Of a DNA stretch of 64,000 nt, positions 1 through 12,818 are shown piece by piece. The first letter of the stretch is position 1. The number at the start of each line of letters is the position of its first letter. The DNA is taken from contig NC_042998.1 of assembly GCF_006345805.1 (NCBI RefSeq), positions 140,678,001-140,742,000 of the forward strand. The letters are read 5' to 3'. Below the pieces are notes generated by a model, which saw only the letters and a program-made list of their open reading frames with translations, had not been told where the DNA came from and searched no databases. This DNA comes from Octopus sinensis. Taxonomy: Eukaryota. A program made the translations under genes and the position numbers.

Positions 1-72
1 ATATATATATTTTATTTATTTATTCATTTATATATATGTACATATATGTATGTATGTATGTATATATATATA

Positions 73-1270
73 TATGTTAATCTTGTTGCTTATGGAGTGT
101 TCTATATATCGTATTTTCTTTGTTATTAATTATTAATAATTTAGACATACTTTGATAAATAGATGGGTCCGTTTTTAAATGATTTATGTTTATTAATCGA
201 ATAACTCTATATAAGTTATTATTCACATTCATAAATTTGTTTAGGTTGGTGGGGGTTTTTAATAGTATATTGCTGAGTAGGGAATATTACTGTATGTATG
301 TGGCTGAGAGTATGTATCTGCTGAATTTGTTACTCATCTGTGTTGGAGTGGCGGTAGGAGTGCGGTTGTATGTGAGTGATTGTGTGTGAATGTGTGTGGG
401 TGTGCATTGCTTATGTGTAGAAATGTTGTTTTTCTTTTGAGTGTTTATGTATGTGTGAATATGTGTGTGTGTGTGTCTGTTTGCGTAATTTATTTATCTG
501 TATGGGTGTGGGTGTGAATATATTGGTGTATATATCGAGTTTTGTACGTATGTATATGTATGTGTGAGTGGGTATATGTATATGTTGTGGGTGTGTGTTT
601 TACGTGTGTGTATTTGTGTGTGAATGTATAGATTAGGGGGATTGCTATATAGGTATGTTATTGTGTATGGTAAAGGGAGGTTTTATCATTATATGTATAT
701 GGGTTTCGTTTATCATGGTTGTTTTATTAAAGAATTTTGTAGTAAATTCTGTCTATTTACGTTGATTAACATATTATTCCATTCTATTCCATTCATAATT
801 TTTAAATAAAGTTCGTTCACCACGCGCAAAGAATTTATTATAAATATGTTCTATTCCTATGGTAACGTAATTTTGTAAACGTTATAATGGTTAGACTTTA
901 AATTCACTTCATAAATTAAAATTGAATAGAAGGTATGTATTTTTTTCTCCTTATGTTAATCTTGTTGCTTATGTTAATCTTGATGATTATGGAGTGTTCT
1001 ATATATCGTATTTTCTTTGTTATTAATTATTAATAATTTAGACATACTTTGATAAATAGATAGGTCTGTTTTTAAATGATTTATGTTTATTAATAGAATA
1101 ACTCAATATAAGTTATTATTCACATTCATAAATTTGTTATAGAGTGGTGGGGGTTTTTAATAGTATATTGCTGAGTGTGGGTGTGCATTGTTTATGTGTA
1201 GAAATGTTGTTTTTCTTTTGAGTGTTTATGTATGTGTGAATGTGTGTATGTGTGTGTGTTTGTTTGCGTA
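73..1270. repeat. Partial tandem duplication: copy 1 ~73-490, copy 2 ~952-1270 (copy 2 lacks ~115 bp present in copy 1)
   Basis: TATGTTAATCTTGTTGCTTATG...GAGTGTTCTATATATCGTATTTTCTTTGTTATTAATTATTAATAATTTAGACATACTTTGATAAATAGAT and the following TG-rich block occur twice at high identity. Confidence 0.85.
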
Positions 1271-1849
1271 TTTGTATATGTTTGTTGCATGCATGTGGTA
1301 TTTGGATATGTGTGGGTGTGTGTTTGTTTTAAGTATTTATGTATTGTTGTGGTATATATGTGGTATATGGTATTTGGTAGTTTATTGCTAAGAATGAAAT
1401 GTTTATATTGTTGTGGTTGAGTATATGCGGCTGCTGGATTTGTGGTTGTCATGAAGAGTGAGTGTGTTTATGAATAAGGGTTGTATGTGTGTGTGAGGGA
1501 GTATGAATAAGTAATGTGTTGAAGTATTTGGCTATTTTATTAATTTATCGTTGCCTAGATGTTTATGTGTATGTATAGAGATTTATATATGGGTGTGTGA
1601 GTTAGTGTATGTATTTAGATATGTTTATATATACTTAGATATATGTGTATGAGCATGTGTGTATATATAGTTTAATTTTATTTTTGTTTTTTGTTTTTAT
1701 ATTCAATTGTTTATAGAGGTTATTTTAGATTATATATTGATTATATATAGATTATATATAGATTATATATAGATTATATATATTTATATTTTTTCATTGA
1801 TAAATTTATATTATTTTAAACTTATATTTTAAAATATTGATATTTTTAG

Positions 1850-1906
1850 ATCGGAAATCCACCTGATGAATGTCATTTGAAGACATGAAACAATTGTAGT
1901 GGCGAT
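1850..1906 (+). ncRNA. Type I hammerhead ribozyme motif (minimal, Penelope-like-element type)
   Basis: Stem I CCAC(1859-62)/GTGG(1899-1902), extended by ATCG(1850-53)/CGAT(1903-06); core CTGATGA 1863-69; stem II ATGTC(1870-74)/GACAT(1882-86); GAAA 1887-90; palindromic stem III ACAATTGT (1890-97); GUA triplet, predicted cut after A1898. Confidence 0.8.
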
Positions 1907-1989
1907 TTATTTACTTTATATTAAATTTTTTTTATGTATTGATTAAGTCTTTCCTTGTTTGATTTGCAAAATAGTGGTTTTGTCTCTAA

Positions 1990-2020
<31 letters not shown>

Positions 2021-2599
2021 ATTATATACGTGTACACACACACACACACACACACAGGGTATTGTTCCGAGATGATAAAATTAACAAAGTACTCCATCTG
2101 GTGAGAAATAAATATTATTTAATAAACTCAAAGTATATTTTTATGTGCTACTATTAGTTTCATGTGCTGAAAAAATGCCAAACAATGTTTTATATCACGT
2201 CTTGTGTTCCAGCACAATCATCAGACACTGCCCACATGGCATATGTATACTTAACCGTTAAGTGTTAACTATGGGATAAGAGCACTCAATACTGTGGTAG
2301 AGTTTAATAATATTTTATTTTGGTCAAATTAGTCTATTGCTCCTCAACTTGCCTGAAAATGCTATGCAACCAAAATGAAATATTATATATATAAGAGTGT
2401 TGTAGTTCGCTTGAAGCATTGTAGTACCGAAGGAGAAGGGAAAGAAAAAAGCTTCTCAAGTTCGAGTAGGGTAACAGAACCTGAGTAACTGACATTTTCC
2501 AGTCTGTTTCATTTGCGCCTGAAATATAAAGGGTTTTGTAAGATTTTCCGCATTGTCAGGAGCGTTATTATTTTCCTTTTTCTTTCCTTTCTATTATGC

Positions 2600-2742
2600 A
2601 TAGTCATTTGACTGCGGCCATGCTGGAGCACCGCCTTTAGTCGAACAAATCAATCCCAGGACTTATTCTTCACATATATCGGTTGTCAAATGATGGTGGA
2701 AGGACAAACACAGACACACAAAAATACACACACACACGCATA

Positions 2743-2793
<51 letters not shown>

Positions 2794-2958
2794 TACAGGC
2801 TTTTTTCAGTTTCCGTCTACTAAATCCACTCACAAGGTTTCGGTCAGCCGGAGGCTATAGTAGAAGACACTTGCCCAAGGTGTCACGTAATGAGACTGAA
2901 CCCAGAACCATGTGGTTGGGAAGCAAGCTCCTTACCACACGGTCACTCCTGCGCCTAT
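2600..2958 (-). mobile_element. tRNA-derived SINE family A (head, central TTGGGCAAGTGTCTT block, internal (TA)n/(CA)n)
   Basis: Minus strand begins ATAGGCGCAGGAGTGACCGTGTGGTAAG...GGTTCAGTC (A/B-box-like); the same sequence recurs several times in the window. Confidence 0.8.
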
Positions 2959-3427
2959 ATAATTATATTAATTCATACATGTTTTATTATTTCGCTTAAC
3001 ACATAAATCGTGGCCGTCGGGCAGAGGTCGACAGGCCACAATCGTGGCCCAGATAGATTCATTTAATTTATGGGCATTTGTTGGGGGTCTAATGTCATTC
3101 AAACGCTCCGATACAAGAGGACTAATAATTCAACTAATGACTTTTCAGATGATATAAAACCTGCCACCATAATATACTAGAAAGATATTCTAACTTTTTT
3201 TTTGCACAAGCATTCAGTTCTGAGTGCATTGCATGTTATAGCAGAAACAAATGTAAACTAATGAAGTTGATTACGTAATTATTGTTCCCTCGTCATTTAA
3301 TAATTTATACATACATACACACATACATATATAATCTCTCGCTGGCTCTGTCTCTCTCTATGTGTGTGTGCGCGCGTGTAGATCATATATCCGAAAAAGA
3401 AGCACACTCTAAACGTTAGACCAGTAA

Positions 3428-4438
3428 TATCATTATATATATAAAACTGAGAATGTGTGTCTGTCTGTCTGTCTGTGTGTTTCCCTAAAACTCGAGAACT
3501 ACGCAACCAATTTCATTCAAATTTTACACATGCCTTACTTAGGGTTTGGGGAGTGTCATCGGCAAAAAAAAAATGTTGAACTTTTTGCATAGGGCGAGCC
3601 CACAACAATATTTTATCTTCTCTACTACGATTCCCTAAAACTTGAGAACTACACAACCAATTCCATTCAAATTTTACACATGCCTTACTTAGGGTCCATG
3701 TAGCTTCATGGGCAAAAAAATGTTCAACTACTTGCCTAGAGCGAGCCCATAGCAATATCATATCTTCTCCACTATTTCAGTATTACGTGTTAAAAGTGAA
3801 ACAAAAATATTTCTCTATTTTATGTCAGATGTTTTCACTTTAACAATAAAAATAATAATAACAATTGAATTATATGTAGTAAGTAATAATTAAAATCAAA
3901 CTAAAGTATAATATAATCGTAACATAACAAAAGTAAAAATAGCAATTGGTATAAAATTGCATCAATGACTTGAACTTGAATAAGTGGTTTCACATGAATG
4001 GGAATAAATTAAAAGTAAAATTAGCGTGCAGAAATGGAATAGTCCAGATGGATAATAAAAATTAAATTAAAGAAAAGACTATTGTCTATAAAGTATACAA
4101 TGTAGAGAAAAAAGATTTGAACACATGGAGGAAAGCATCTTCGAAAAGTGTCTTGGTGCGACTATGAAAGGTATCTAATCAGAGGCGGTAAATTCGCCAC
4201 AATAGAAGCAAGGTTTGAGTCAACGGAGCGTGCAAGGGAGTACTCGACTCGAACTTGCAAAGTGGAAATATTTTACTTTTACCTTTATATCTGGGACGTA
4301 GGACGTCCCGGAAAAAAATTTTAAATGCCCCCCCCCCCCGAAGTAGAGGTAGGCTGGATTGTAGCCACACTTCTATACAAGAGGGAGGACAAGATACAAT
4401 TGATCGAAATTACAAGAGACGGGCTAACAATTCCAGTC
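3428..4438. mobile_element. Probable non-autonomous Helentron-type (HINE-like) element with an internal 150-bp direct duplication
   Basis: Starts ATCATTATATATATAAAACTGAGAATGTGTGTCTGTCTG; direct repeat TTCCCTAAAACTYGAGAACTACRCAACCAATTYCATTCAAATTTTACACATGCCTTACTTAGGGT at ~3482 and ~3632; right end uncertain. Confidence 0.45.
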
Positions 4439-4596
4439 TGTTATATATTTTAAGTATTGTTATCACTCGCGATATCAAGATATAACTTTGTATTTTGTAT
4501 TTTATGTGTAGATGTATATATATAGATGTACATGTAATATGTACACATATATATACACATATATATATGCACTAGCACTATGACCCGGCAACGACG

Positions 4597-5043
4597 GGTC
4601 TTTAATGCTAGTATGATTGATTGATTGATTGATTCTAGTTTCAGCTTATGAGCTGTGGCCATGCTGGGGCACCGATATATATATATAAAGGGAGAGAAAG
4701 AGAGACATGCGGCAGTTTTCTATACAGTTTCCGTCTATCAAATTTACTCACAAAGGATGGGTTGGCTCAGGACAATAGTAGAAAACACTTCTCTAAACTG
4801 CCGTGCAATGTCACTGAACCCGTAGCCTAGTGGTTGCCAAACGAACTTCTGAACCACACAGCTACGCCCGTGACTATTATACGACAGGCTTCTTTCAATT
4901 TCCATTAACCAAACCTACTGACAAGGCTTTGATCGGCCTGGTGTGTGACACATGACACTTGCCGAAGTGCTGCGCAGTAGGAATGAACCCTAAAGCATGC
5001 GGATAGGAAGCAAATTTTTACCACACAACCACACACGCGCCTA
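4597..5043 (-). mobile_element. Two stacked, diverged SINE family A copies
   Basis: GCTGTGGCCATGCTGGGGCACC...CAGTTTCCGTCTATCAAATTTACTCACAA...ACCACACAGC, followed by a second head ending ACCACACAACCACACACGCGCCTAT. Confidence 0.7.
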
Positions 5044-5069
5044 TATCCCTAATTTCAATCACAAATTTG

Positions 5070-5390
5070 AGGTTTGCGTGGCTTAGAGGTTAGAGTATTC
5101 GGCTCACCATCGTCAAGTCATGAGTTAGATTTCCGGCATCGCGTTGTGTTCTTGAGCAAGAGACTTTATTTCATGTTGCTCCAGTCCACTCAGCTGACAA
5201 AAGTGAGTAGTACCTGTATTTCAAAGGGCTGGCCTTGCCACACTCTGAATCACGCTGAATCACCCTGAGAACTACGTTAAAGGAGCACGTGTCTGTGGAG
5301 TGCTCAACCACTTGCACGTTAATTTCATGAGCAAGATGTTCCGTTGATCGGATCAACTGGAACCCTCGTCGTCGTAACCGACGGAGTACC
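5070..5390 (+). mobile_element. tRNA-derived SINE (third family)
   Basis: GCGTGGCTTAGAGGTTAGAGTATTCGGCTCA...TGTGTTCTTGAGCAAGAGACTTTATTTCATGTTGCTCCAGTCCACTCAGCTG: tRNA-like head plus a conserved-domain-like central block. Confidence 0.6.
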
Positions 5391-6249
5391 AGTTATCATA
5401 AAAGTCACTTGCCCAAAATGTCACACAACGGTATCGAACGCGGGAACACGCGATTACCAATCTTTAACCATACGGCCGTGCTTGCGTTCATATTTCTGTA
5501 ATAGGTGGAGAACAACAAACCCAATTACTGACGAAAACTTGTAAACATACAGCATAAAGCTCTAATTAGCGTCCGGAAATTTGATCATGTGACATATTAG
5601 AATTAGTTTAGTTAATAAGGGGTTAATTAGAGATTTCCCTTTGATATTATTTGGAATTGATACGACTGATGTTGCGGCATTTTATAATTTAGTTTAAAGT
5701 TAGGAGAATTAACAACAAAGACATACACCGTTATACTTTCAATTACATACATGCAAGCATACATACATACATACATACTTGCATACATACATACATACAT
5801 ACATACATATGTACGTATGTATACATACGTACATACGTGTATGTGTGTGTGTATACACCTACACACACACATATATATACACACATAATACACTTATACA
5901 TTCCTACGTACAAATATATATGTATGCATCTATGTATGCACACACACACACACACACACACATGCATGAATGTATGTGTTGTAGTTAACCATATCTACGT
6001 TATAGTTTTTTTTTTATATCAAGGCTTTCTTTTTGAAATTTTCGTATGAATTCCTTACAAGTTGTTGAGGACAGCAAAGCTTCTAAATCAAGCATTAGCG
6101 TTTCTAGACTTTCACAGCCTCAGCTTCAAGATGAAGTGATTTTGTAGAATGTTGCTGTTTATTTATAATGGACAGAGCTAATGTGATTGGTATAGACCTT
6201 ATTGTCGGAATTTGAATTTTTGCCGTTAGATGTTTACGTCACCAGTCAG

Positions 6250-6728
6250 GTGTTTATCTCTGTAACTAATGTACGTGTGTTATTTATTATTATTTTCTGT
6301 TTTTTAGTTTTCTGCGACACTATTTGATTGACTTCCTTCATTCATTGTCTAATTTTGTTAGGTATTCTATAGAATATGTATGTGTTATCTACTAATGTTT
6401 TTGTTATAATGTGGATCCTCGCCCACTTGTATGTTGTCATCAGCACAGTAATATTCTTGTTGCCACTATTACATTGTGGCGGTATTCCGCGTCTTATTAT
6501 CATTGACTCGTCTATTGTGCTATCGCTGATAGCTTCGCAAGACAATGACTTTGAAGCGTCTACCTTGACGGTAACTCGAACTCGTATATATCACGTAACT
6601 GACTCCAACTGAGAACTTGTACAACGACTCTACTACTACTGACCTCCTACAACGACTGACTGCCTGGCTTTATAGTGGCCTCTCATACCATTTTATCACG
6701 TAGGAAGGAGTATACCATTTTCACTTCA
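6250..6728 (-). repeat. Gypsy 3' LTR preceded by a polypurine tract
   Basis: Minus strand: purine tract ATAAAGGTGGAG (6740-6729), then TGAAGTGAAAATGGTATAC...TATAAAG; 6628-6728 matches 17225-17300. The distal end is not fixed and no TSD was found. Confidence 0.65.
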
Positions 6729-7685
6729 CTCCACCTTTATTTTATCTTTTTTTCCTTGGGAAGCAAGTAACTTTATTTTACTTAATTCACCCCTACTCCC
6801 TTTTTAGCAATTTTCCCAACTTAATATATTTTTTCTCTTTGGCGTCTATTTGTAGGAACTCTGTGTTCTTCCTTTTTCTTCCACTTGCACGCATGGGTTC
6901 AACCACCTGTAACGGTGTTGGTACCTGGAATGTGTCATACAGCCATTCCATAGGTTCTCCCAATCTGTCTGGTTCATTTTCTATGAATCTCTTCTTCAAT
7001 TGATTTCTGTATATTTTTTAAATTCCTTTTCCGTACATCATTTTTCCTATGTAGTTTGTAATTTTGCTTTTTCCCAGTACTATTTTCCGTCTTTATACGA
7101 CCTCATGTACACCTTATTACCAATTTTGAAATAATTTTGAATTGTCTTTTCTGATACTTTTTCTTTCCTCGCCAGGTAACACAGTTTATCAAAAACTGAT
7201 TTCACCTTCCTCGCGAACATCACTTCTGCTGGTGAACTTCCTGCTGGTGTATTGAGGTTCGGTGTCACCCACTAGCGTAGCTAGAGTGTGTGCCGCCCGT
7301 GGCGGCCCTTCTATTTGTCGCCCCGGACCCCACATAAACCACATATTGCCCACAGCAGACCCAAAAGTAGTACCCCTTTAAAAGTGCCGTCCCTACCTCT
7401 CCCTAGCTACTCCAGTGGAGTCACCCTGTATATACCCTTAGGAATTGCTGCAAAGCGACTTCGTCTTTGGTTTCCTTGTTTGCTCTTCTCAAAGGTCTTT
7501 TAAAAGTGTCCACAAAACACTCTGCCGGTCCATTTGATCTGGGATGGTAAGGCGCTATTGTTTTATGTTCTGCCGTGGACATTTCGCAGAATTTTCTAAA
7601 TTCACTGGACACAAATTATGCTCCATCATCAGATACAATCACGTCTTGGATGCCAAATCTTGCGAATAATTCGTGCAAAAAATTT

Positions 7686-8463
7686 AAGGGCTAATGCAGT
7701 TTCGCACCACTCCTTGAAAAATACATTTAAAAAAAAAAATGTTTACGGATTCCTACGTTTTTAGATGCCGGAGATGCAAAAAAAAAAAAAAACCACCCCC
7801 TCCCCATTAATATTTTTGATTTTGTTTACTTTAAAGAGATCGTTGCGAATTGACAAACAAATGCAAATCGAAATTAAATACAGACAAAAACATTAAAGTG
7901 AAAAGAATTTGCGTTTTACTTGTGTTTGCCTTAAATAATCGTAAATGAAGATTTGATGTAAATTAAATATACTCCATTTTATGAGAAGCAATCATTAATG
8001 TTTGATAATTAATGCTATAAAGTTTAATAAGGGGCTCAAATTTCACCCCCTCCCACAATTTTAAATTTTGAACTTTTTCATCCATTTATTTATTTATCTC
8101 TCTAACTATTTATCCCTGTCCGTTTATTCATAAAGTATATTTGTCAACTAAATGTGTCCTATAGAAGACGGTGTTACTGTTGTTTTTAGTCCCAAGAAGA
8201 CATTCATATCTATCTATCTATCTATACACATATTTATATGCTTATTGAATTTAAAATTTTAAAAACGTGGTTTCTTGCATATTCGAGATTTCCTTCATCT
8301 AAAACATAGGGAAAAAACTTTCGAAAAAGTTCAAAATTTTAGTGGGGTTGTGGTGGTGATAGTGATGGTGGGTAAAAACTTTTTTTTTTTTGCGTATTCG
8401 TAATCACCGACATCTAAAACGTAGAGATTCGAAAAACTTGTTTAAAAAAATGCATTTTTCAAG
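7686..8463. mobile_element. Non-autonomous DNA transposon with long imperfect inverted repeats, inserted in the Gypsy integrase
   Basis: CTTGAAAAATACATTT...CCTACGTTTTTAGATGCCGG (from 7713) is the reverse complement of CCGACATCTAAAACGTAGAG...AAATGCATTTTTCAAG (to 8463); a second inverted pair lies at ~8060-8080 and ~8323-8342; the left end follows TTAA. Confidence 0.7.
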
Positions 8464-11004
8464 TACGCCGTCATATGTTGAATATATGTTTACCTCTTAT
8501 TATTTTTTCTTTCGCTGACCGCAGAATTTTTTTTTTTTGCCTCATTAATGAACTTGTTTTTTGATGCATGTCGCTTTATCTCCTCCAGAGTTTTTGGTAA
8601 CTCTCATACAATGTTCCACATTATGTTTTAATTTCCCCTTCGGCTCTTAGGGTTGCTATTACTGTGTCCTCTAATGGTTCGCCATTTTGGGGTATTAACC
8701 TGGGTAGGCCGTCAGCACGTCTTAGCTTTTTCATGGTAAATATTCCATTGCGTAGTCGTAGTTTAGTAGTATGGTGCCCCATCGCTGCAACTGCTTGCTG
8801 TATGTACTGAGATTCCTTTCTTGGATTCATAAATCGTTAGCAACGGGTGATGGGCTGTTTGTAGCCTAAACCGTCTACCATGTATAAACTTGTGAAACCT
8901 TTTTTATGCCAAATATAATCGCCAATGCCTCTTTTTCAATTTGACTATAATGTTTCCCCGCTGGCAATAGCGACCTTGACGCATGAGCTATGGCCTTTTG
9001 GTTGTGTAGGAGTACGGCACCTACCCTGTATTCACTAGCATCTGTTGCCAGCATCGTTTCCAACTTCAGATCGAAGTGTGTAAGCGACAAGTATGAAGTT
9101 AACATGCTTTTTAGTTCCTCAAATGCCTTCTGGCATTTTTCTGACCAAAACCATTTGGTATCCTTTTTTAACAGCTCGTTTAGTGGAGCCTTTGTGTTGT
9201 GTATGTTTGGGTAAGCCTAAAAAGGCTTGTAACAATTTGACGTTCGTTAGGGGAGGCCTATTCCGTATTGCTGTTGCCCTTGATGGGTCCGGCCTTCGTC
9301 CCCTTTTGCCAATTACTTGACTCAAATATATATATATATATATTTTTTTTTTTCATCAAAAATTCGCACTTTTCCTCTGTTAGTCTAAATCCGTATTCAT
9401 TTATTTTTCCGAACATTTTTAATATGTTCGATGTGTTGCTCCGCCATCTCGCTCATTATCAAAAATATCCTCGAGATAAGCAATAGCTAAGTTGCAATCA
9501 TTTAACATTGCGTTCATCACTTGTTGGAATGTGGCAGGTGCCACTTTTACTCCAAAAGGAAGCTGTTTGAATTTATACGATCCACGATGTGTGTTGATAG
9601 TTAAAAGGTGTGCGCAAACTTCCTCTACCTGTATCTGTAAATAGGCCTCCGAGAGGTCTAACTTCGAGAAAATTTTTCCTCCATTTAGTTTTGAGAACAC
9701 TTCTTCTGGGTTTGGTAATGGATAGTTGTGTTCGAGTAAACAGTAATTTAATCCAGTTAAAAAGTCCGCACACACTCTTAGTTTATTTATTTATTTTTCT
9801 TTACATTAACCGTCGGACTTTCTAATCTTTCTAGCTCTTTATTGACCTAATCCAACGTCGCAAAGGGCAAGTTCCATTTGGGCCTTAAAACAGGTGTTGT
9901 CTTTTCTTTTACCTCGATCTTCGCTTTTGTTTTAGTGTGCCAGCCTAATCTTTCCAAAAAAAAAATATAAAAAAACATTTGGAAACAATTTTTTATTTTT
10001 TGTCTCAGTTGTTCGACTTCATTCGAACTTTTAACCGCGCCGACTACATTTTCACAGAGAACACTAATGGGGGTATCCCATATTTTAAATAACTCCATGC
10101 CAAAGAGGTTTAGTGATTTTTTCAACACATAAATGAGTATCTTTTTCGTTTCACCTCGAAAAGTTACATTGCAAATACATTTGCCGATGAAATATTACTT
10201 CTTTCCTGTAACACCATATGCTACTTTATTTGATTTAATTAATTTAAGCTTACCGATTTGTCTCCATGTTTCTTCATTTATGATAGTGATGTCACTACCC
10301 GTGTCTAATTGCATTTTGGCACTAGTGGTTTCGATTCTCACCTTGATGAATTTTCTGTTCGTTGTACAAACTTTTTTTCCCTGATGACAAAATATTAATT
10401 TTTTCTCGTTTGGTCCAGTTTTTCGTCATCTTAGTTCTGCAGTGCGATTTAATGTGTCCTGTGTTCCCACAACAAAAACACTTCGCTTTTTTGAACGGAC
10501 ACTGTTTTCTCAGGTGCCTACCATCAGATGCCATACATGATTTATCTCCTAATATATATCGTGTTTTTTGTGAAACACTTTATCCATCTTCCGACTCTTC
10601 TAGACTGCTTTTATCTGTAAACAATCTCTGCATTGGATTTCGTCTGTGTCGTGCCTTGCTTTTAATATCATATCACACTCATTTGACAGTTTCTGGAGAG
10701 TTCTATCCTGGTTCATTTCCAGCTTTTCGAGAATTTTCGTTTTGACTTCTGTGTCCTTTTTAGTAGTAAGTCCCTGGGCAAAAATCAGGCATTTGAATGA
10801 GTCTGAAGTTAGTTCATCCAGTTTAAATCTCACGCACTCTCTATTCACTCTACCTGCATATATGGTAAATCCCTCGTCATCACTTTTCTCAGTGTCCAAA
10901 CACTTCCAGCGTATGTTGAACAACGATGTTTTTTCACTAAACATCCAACATAAAATGTCAATCGTGTCCGTGAAATTTATGTCAGAAACTTTTTTTTAGG
11001 AAAT

Positions 11005-11385
11005 ACTAGCAGTATCGCCCGGCGTTGCTCGGATTTGTAAGGGAAATAACTATAAAGCATTTTTAGAGAGTTATAGCCAAAATATAGCAAAAATGCATTA
11101 AAAATGGAAAGAAAATGATGGTAAATTTTTTTTTAAATCGTTGACTCATCGTAGACATTTTTATATAATAGCGAAAAAATGCATTAAAATGAAAAAAAAA
11201 TGATGGTAAATTATTTTTAAAATCGTAGACTCATCGTAGACGCGCGCTAATACCCAGAAGGGCTCGATATGAATCACGACTATAAGATACCCGGTTTTGG
11301 TTAAACTGCACCGCAAAATGTGGGAATAGTTAGGAATCTAAATCGTAGGAGACAGACATACAACCTTACTTTTATATATAAAGAT
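11005..11385. mobile_element. Non-autonomous Helentron-type (HINE-like) element inserted in Gypsy gag
   Basis: Begins ACTAGCAGTATCGCCCGGCGTTGCTCGG and ends CTTTTATATATAAAGAT; removing it rejoins gag-like sequence (EHEKYCNF...KKVSDINF). Confidence 0.7.
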
Positions 11386-11782
11386 AAAATTACAGTATTT
11401 TTCATGCTCCATCGTCGCCAGTTTCCTCAGAATTAGACGCGTTTTCATTTCGGCCGTCTAGTCTTGGTATTCTTTTTCGAAATTTTGTTCAACTCTTCGG
11501 TAATATACCTCGAAAGTGATTACTTCTGCCGGGTCATATTTAAATTCAATTATTGAATTTGCAACATGGCCTGGTGAAAACGTATTTTCCGGTTTTGTTG
11601 GCAACTTCATTAGTTGTAACATTTGTTGTTGTTGCTGTTGTTGTTTTTGCAACTCAACTAAACCCTCTAACAAGTTTTCCAAAATTTTACGGATTTTTCG
11701 TTTACAACAAAAATATTTGTTACTTCTCTGTCGAGTTTTTAGTTTCTCCACGTGAAAACCTTTTCAACGTCGTCCGTGTGAA

Positions 11783-12000
11783 TTACTCTTTTACTCTTTT
11801 ACTTGTTTCAGTCATTTGACCGTGGCCATGCTGGAGTACCGCCTTTAGTCGAGCAAATCGAGCTCAGGACTTATTCTTTGTAAGCCTAGTACTTATTCTA
11901 TCGGTTTGTTTTGTCGAACCGCTAAGTTACGGGGACGTAAACACACCAGCATCGGTTGTCAAGCGATGTTGGGAGGACAAACACAGACACACAAACATAC
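11783..12000 (-). mobile_element. SINE family A, 3' half (split by a LINE)
   Basis: TTACTCTTTTACTCTTTTACTTGTTTCAGTCATTTGACCGTGGCCATGCTGGAGTACCGCC...CGGTTGTCAAGCGATG matches the left part of the 2600-2958 copy. Confidence 0.85.
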
Positions 12001-12002
12001 AA

Positions 12003-12730
12003 ATGTATGTATGTACATACATACATTTATATACATACATACATTTATATACATACATACATACATACATATCTATACATACATATACATACATATATAC
12101 ATATATATACATATATATATATACATACATATACATACATATATATATATACATACATATACATACATACATACATATACATACATATATATATATACAT
12201 ATATATATATACATACATATATATATACATACATACATATACATACATATATATATACATACATACATATACATACATATATATATATACATACATATAC
12301 ATACATATATATATATACATACATATACATACATATATATATATATACATACATATACATACATATATATATATACATACATATACATACATATATATAT
12401 ACATACATATACATACACATATATACATACATACATATACATACATATATATACATACATATACATACATATATATACATATACATACATATATATATAT
12501 ACATACATATACATACATATACATACATATATATATACATACATATATACATACATACATATATACATACATATATACATACATATACATATATACATAC
12601 ATACATACATATATACATATACATATACATACATATATACATACATATACATATATACATACATACATACATATATACATACATATACATATATACATAC
12701 ATACATACATATATACATACATATACATAT
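12003..12730. repeat. Compound (TACA)n/(TA)n microsatellite
   Basis: Directly visible; it produces the spurious YIHT/MYVC ORFs. Confidence 0.98.
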
Positions 12731-12818
12731 ATAACTTAGAATAACTTAGAAAGGTTTTGGCCAGTATTGGCCCAGGCCATGTCTAACTTAATAGCACCAC
12801 CTGGTGAAGTCTTTCAGT

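Larger units (their letters stand above)
6250..11760 (-). mobile_element. Degenerate Ty3/Gypsy LTR retrotransposon (gag-PR-RT-RH-IN), interrupted by nested insertions
   Basis: Minus-strand fragments in Gypsy order: gag (11458-11751, 10600-10944); CCHC knuckle CFCCGNTGHIKSHC (~10440-10490); protease LDTGSDITII (~10280-10310); RT FSKLDLSEAYLQI...LPFGVKVAPATFQ...YLED (9419-9775); RNase H ATDASEYRVGAVL...YSQIEKEALAIIFG (8875-9105); integrase FARFGIQDVIVSDDG and APYHPRSNGPAECFV (7421-7680). Many frameshifts and stops. Confidence 0.95.

Noticed and set aside
6240-6270. TSD defining the outer end of the Gypsy 3' LTR
   Set aside because: The flank after 17300 is ACAG(T), and I found no exact match before a TG at the left end, so the boundary is left approximate.
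11906-12744. Long ORFs of 209-277 aa (YIHT/MYVC repeats), likewise 29543-30887, 5627-6049 and 41412-41790
   Set aside because: They are translations of stop-free TA/CA/GA microsatellites, open in several frames on both strands, with no protein-like content.
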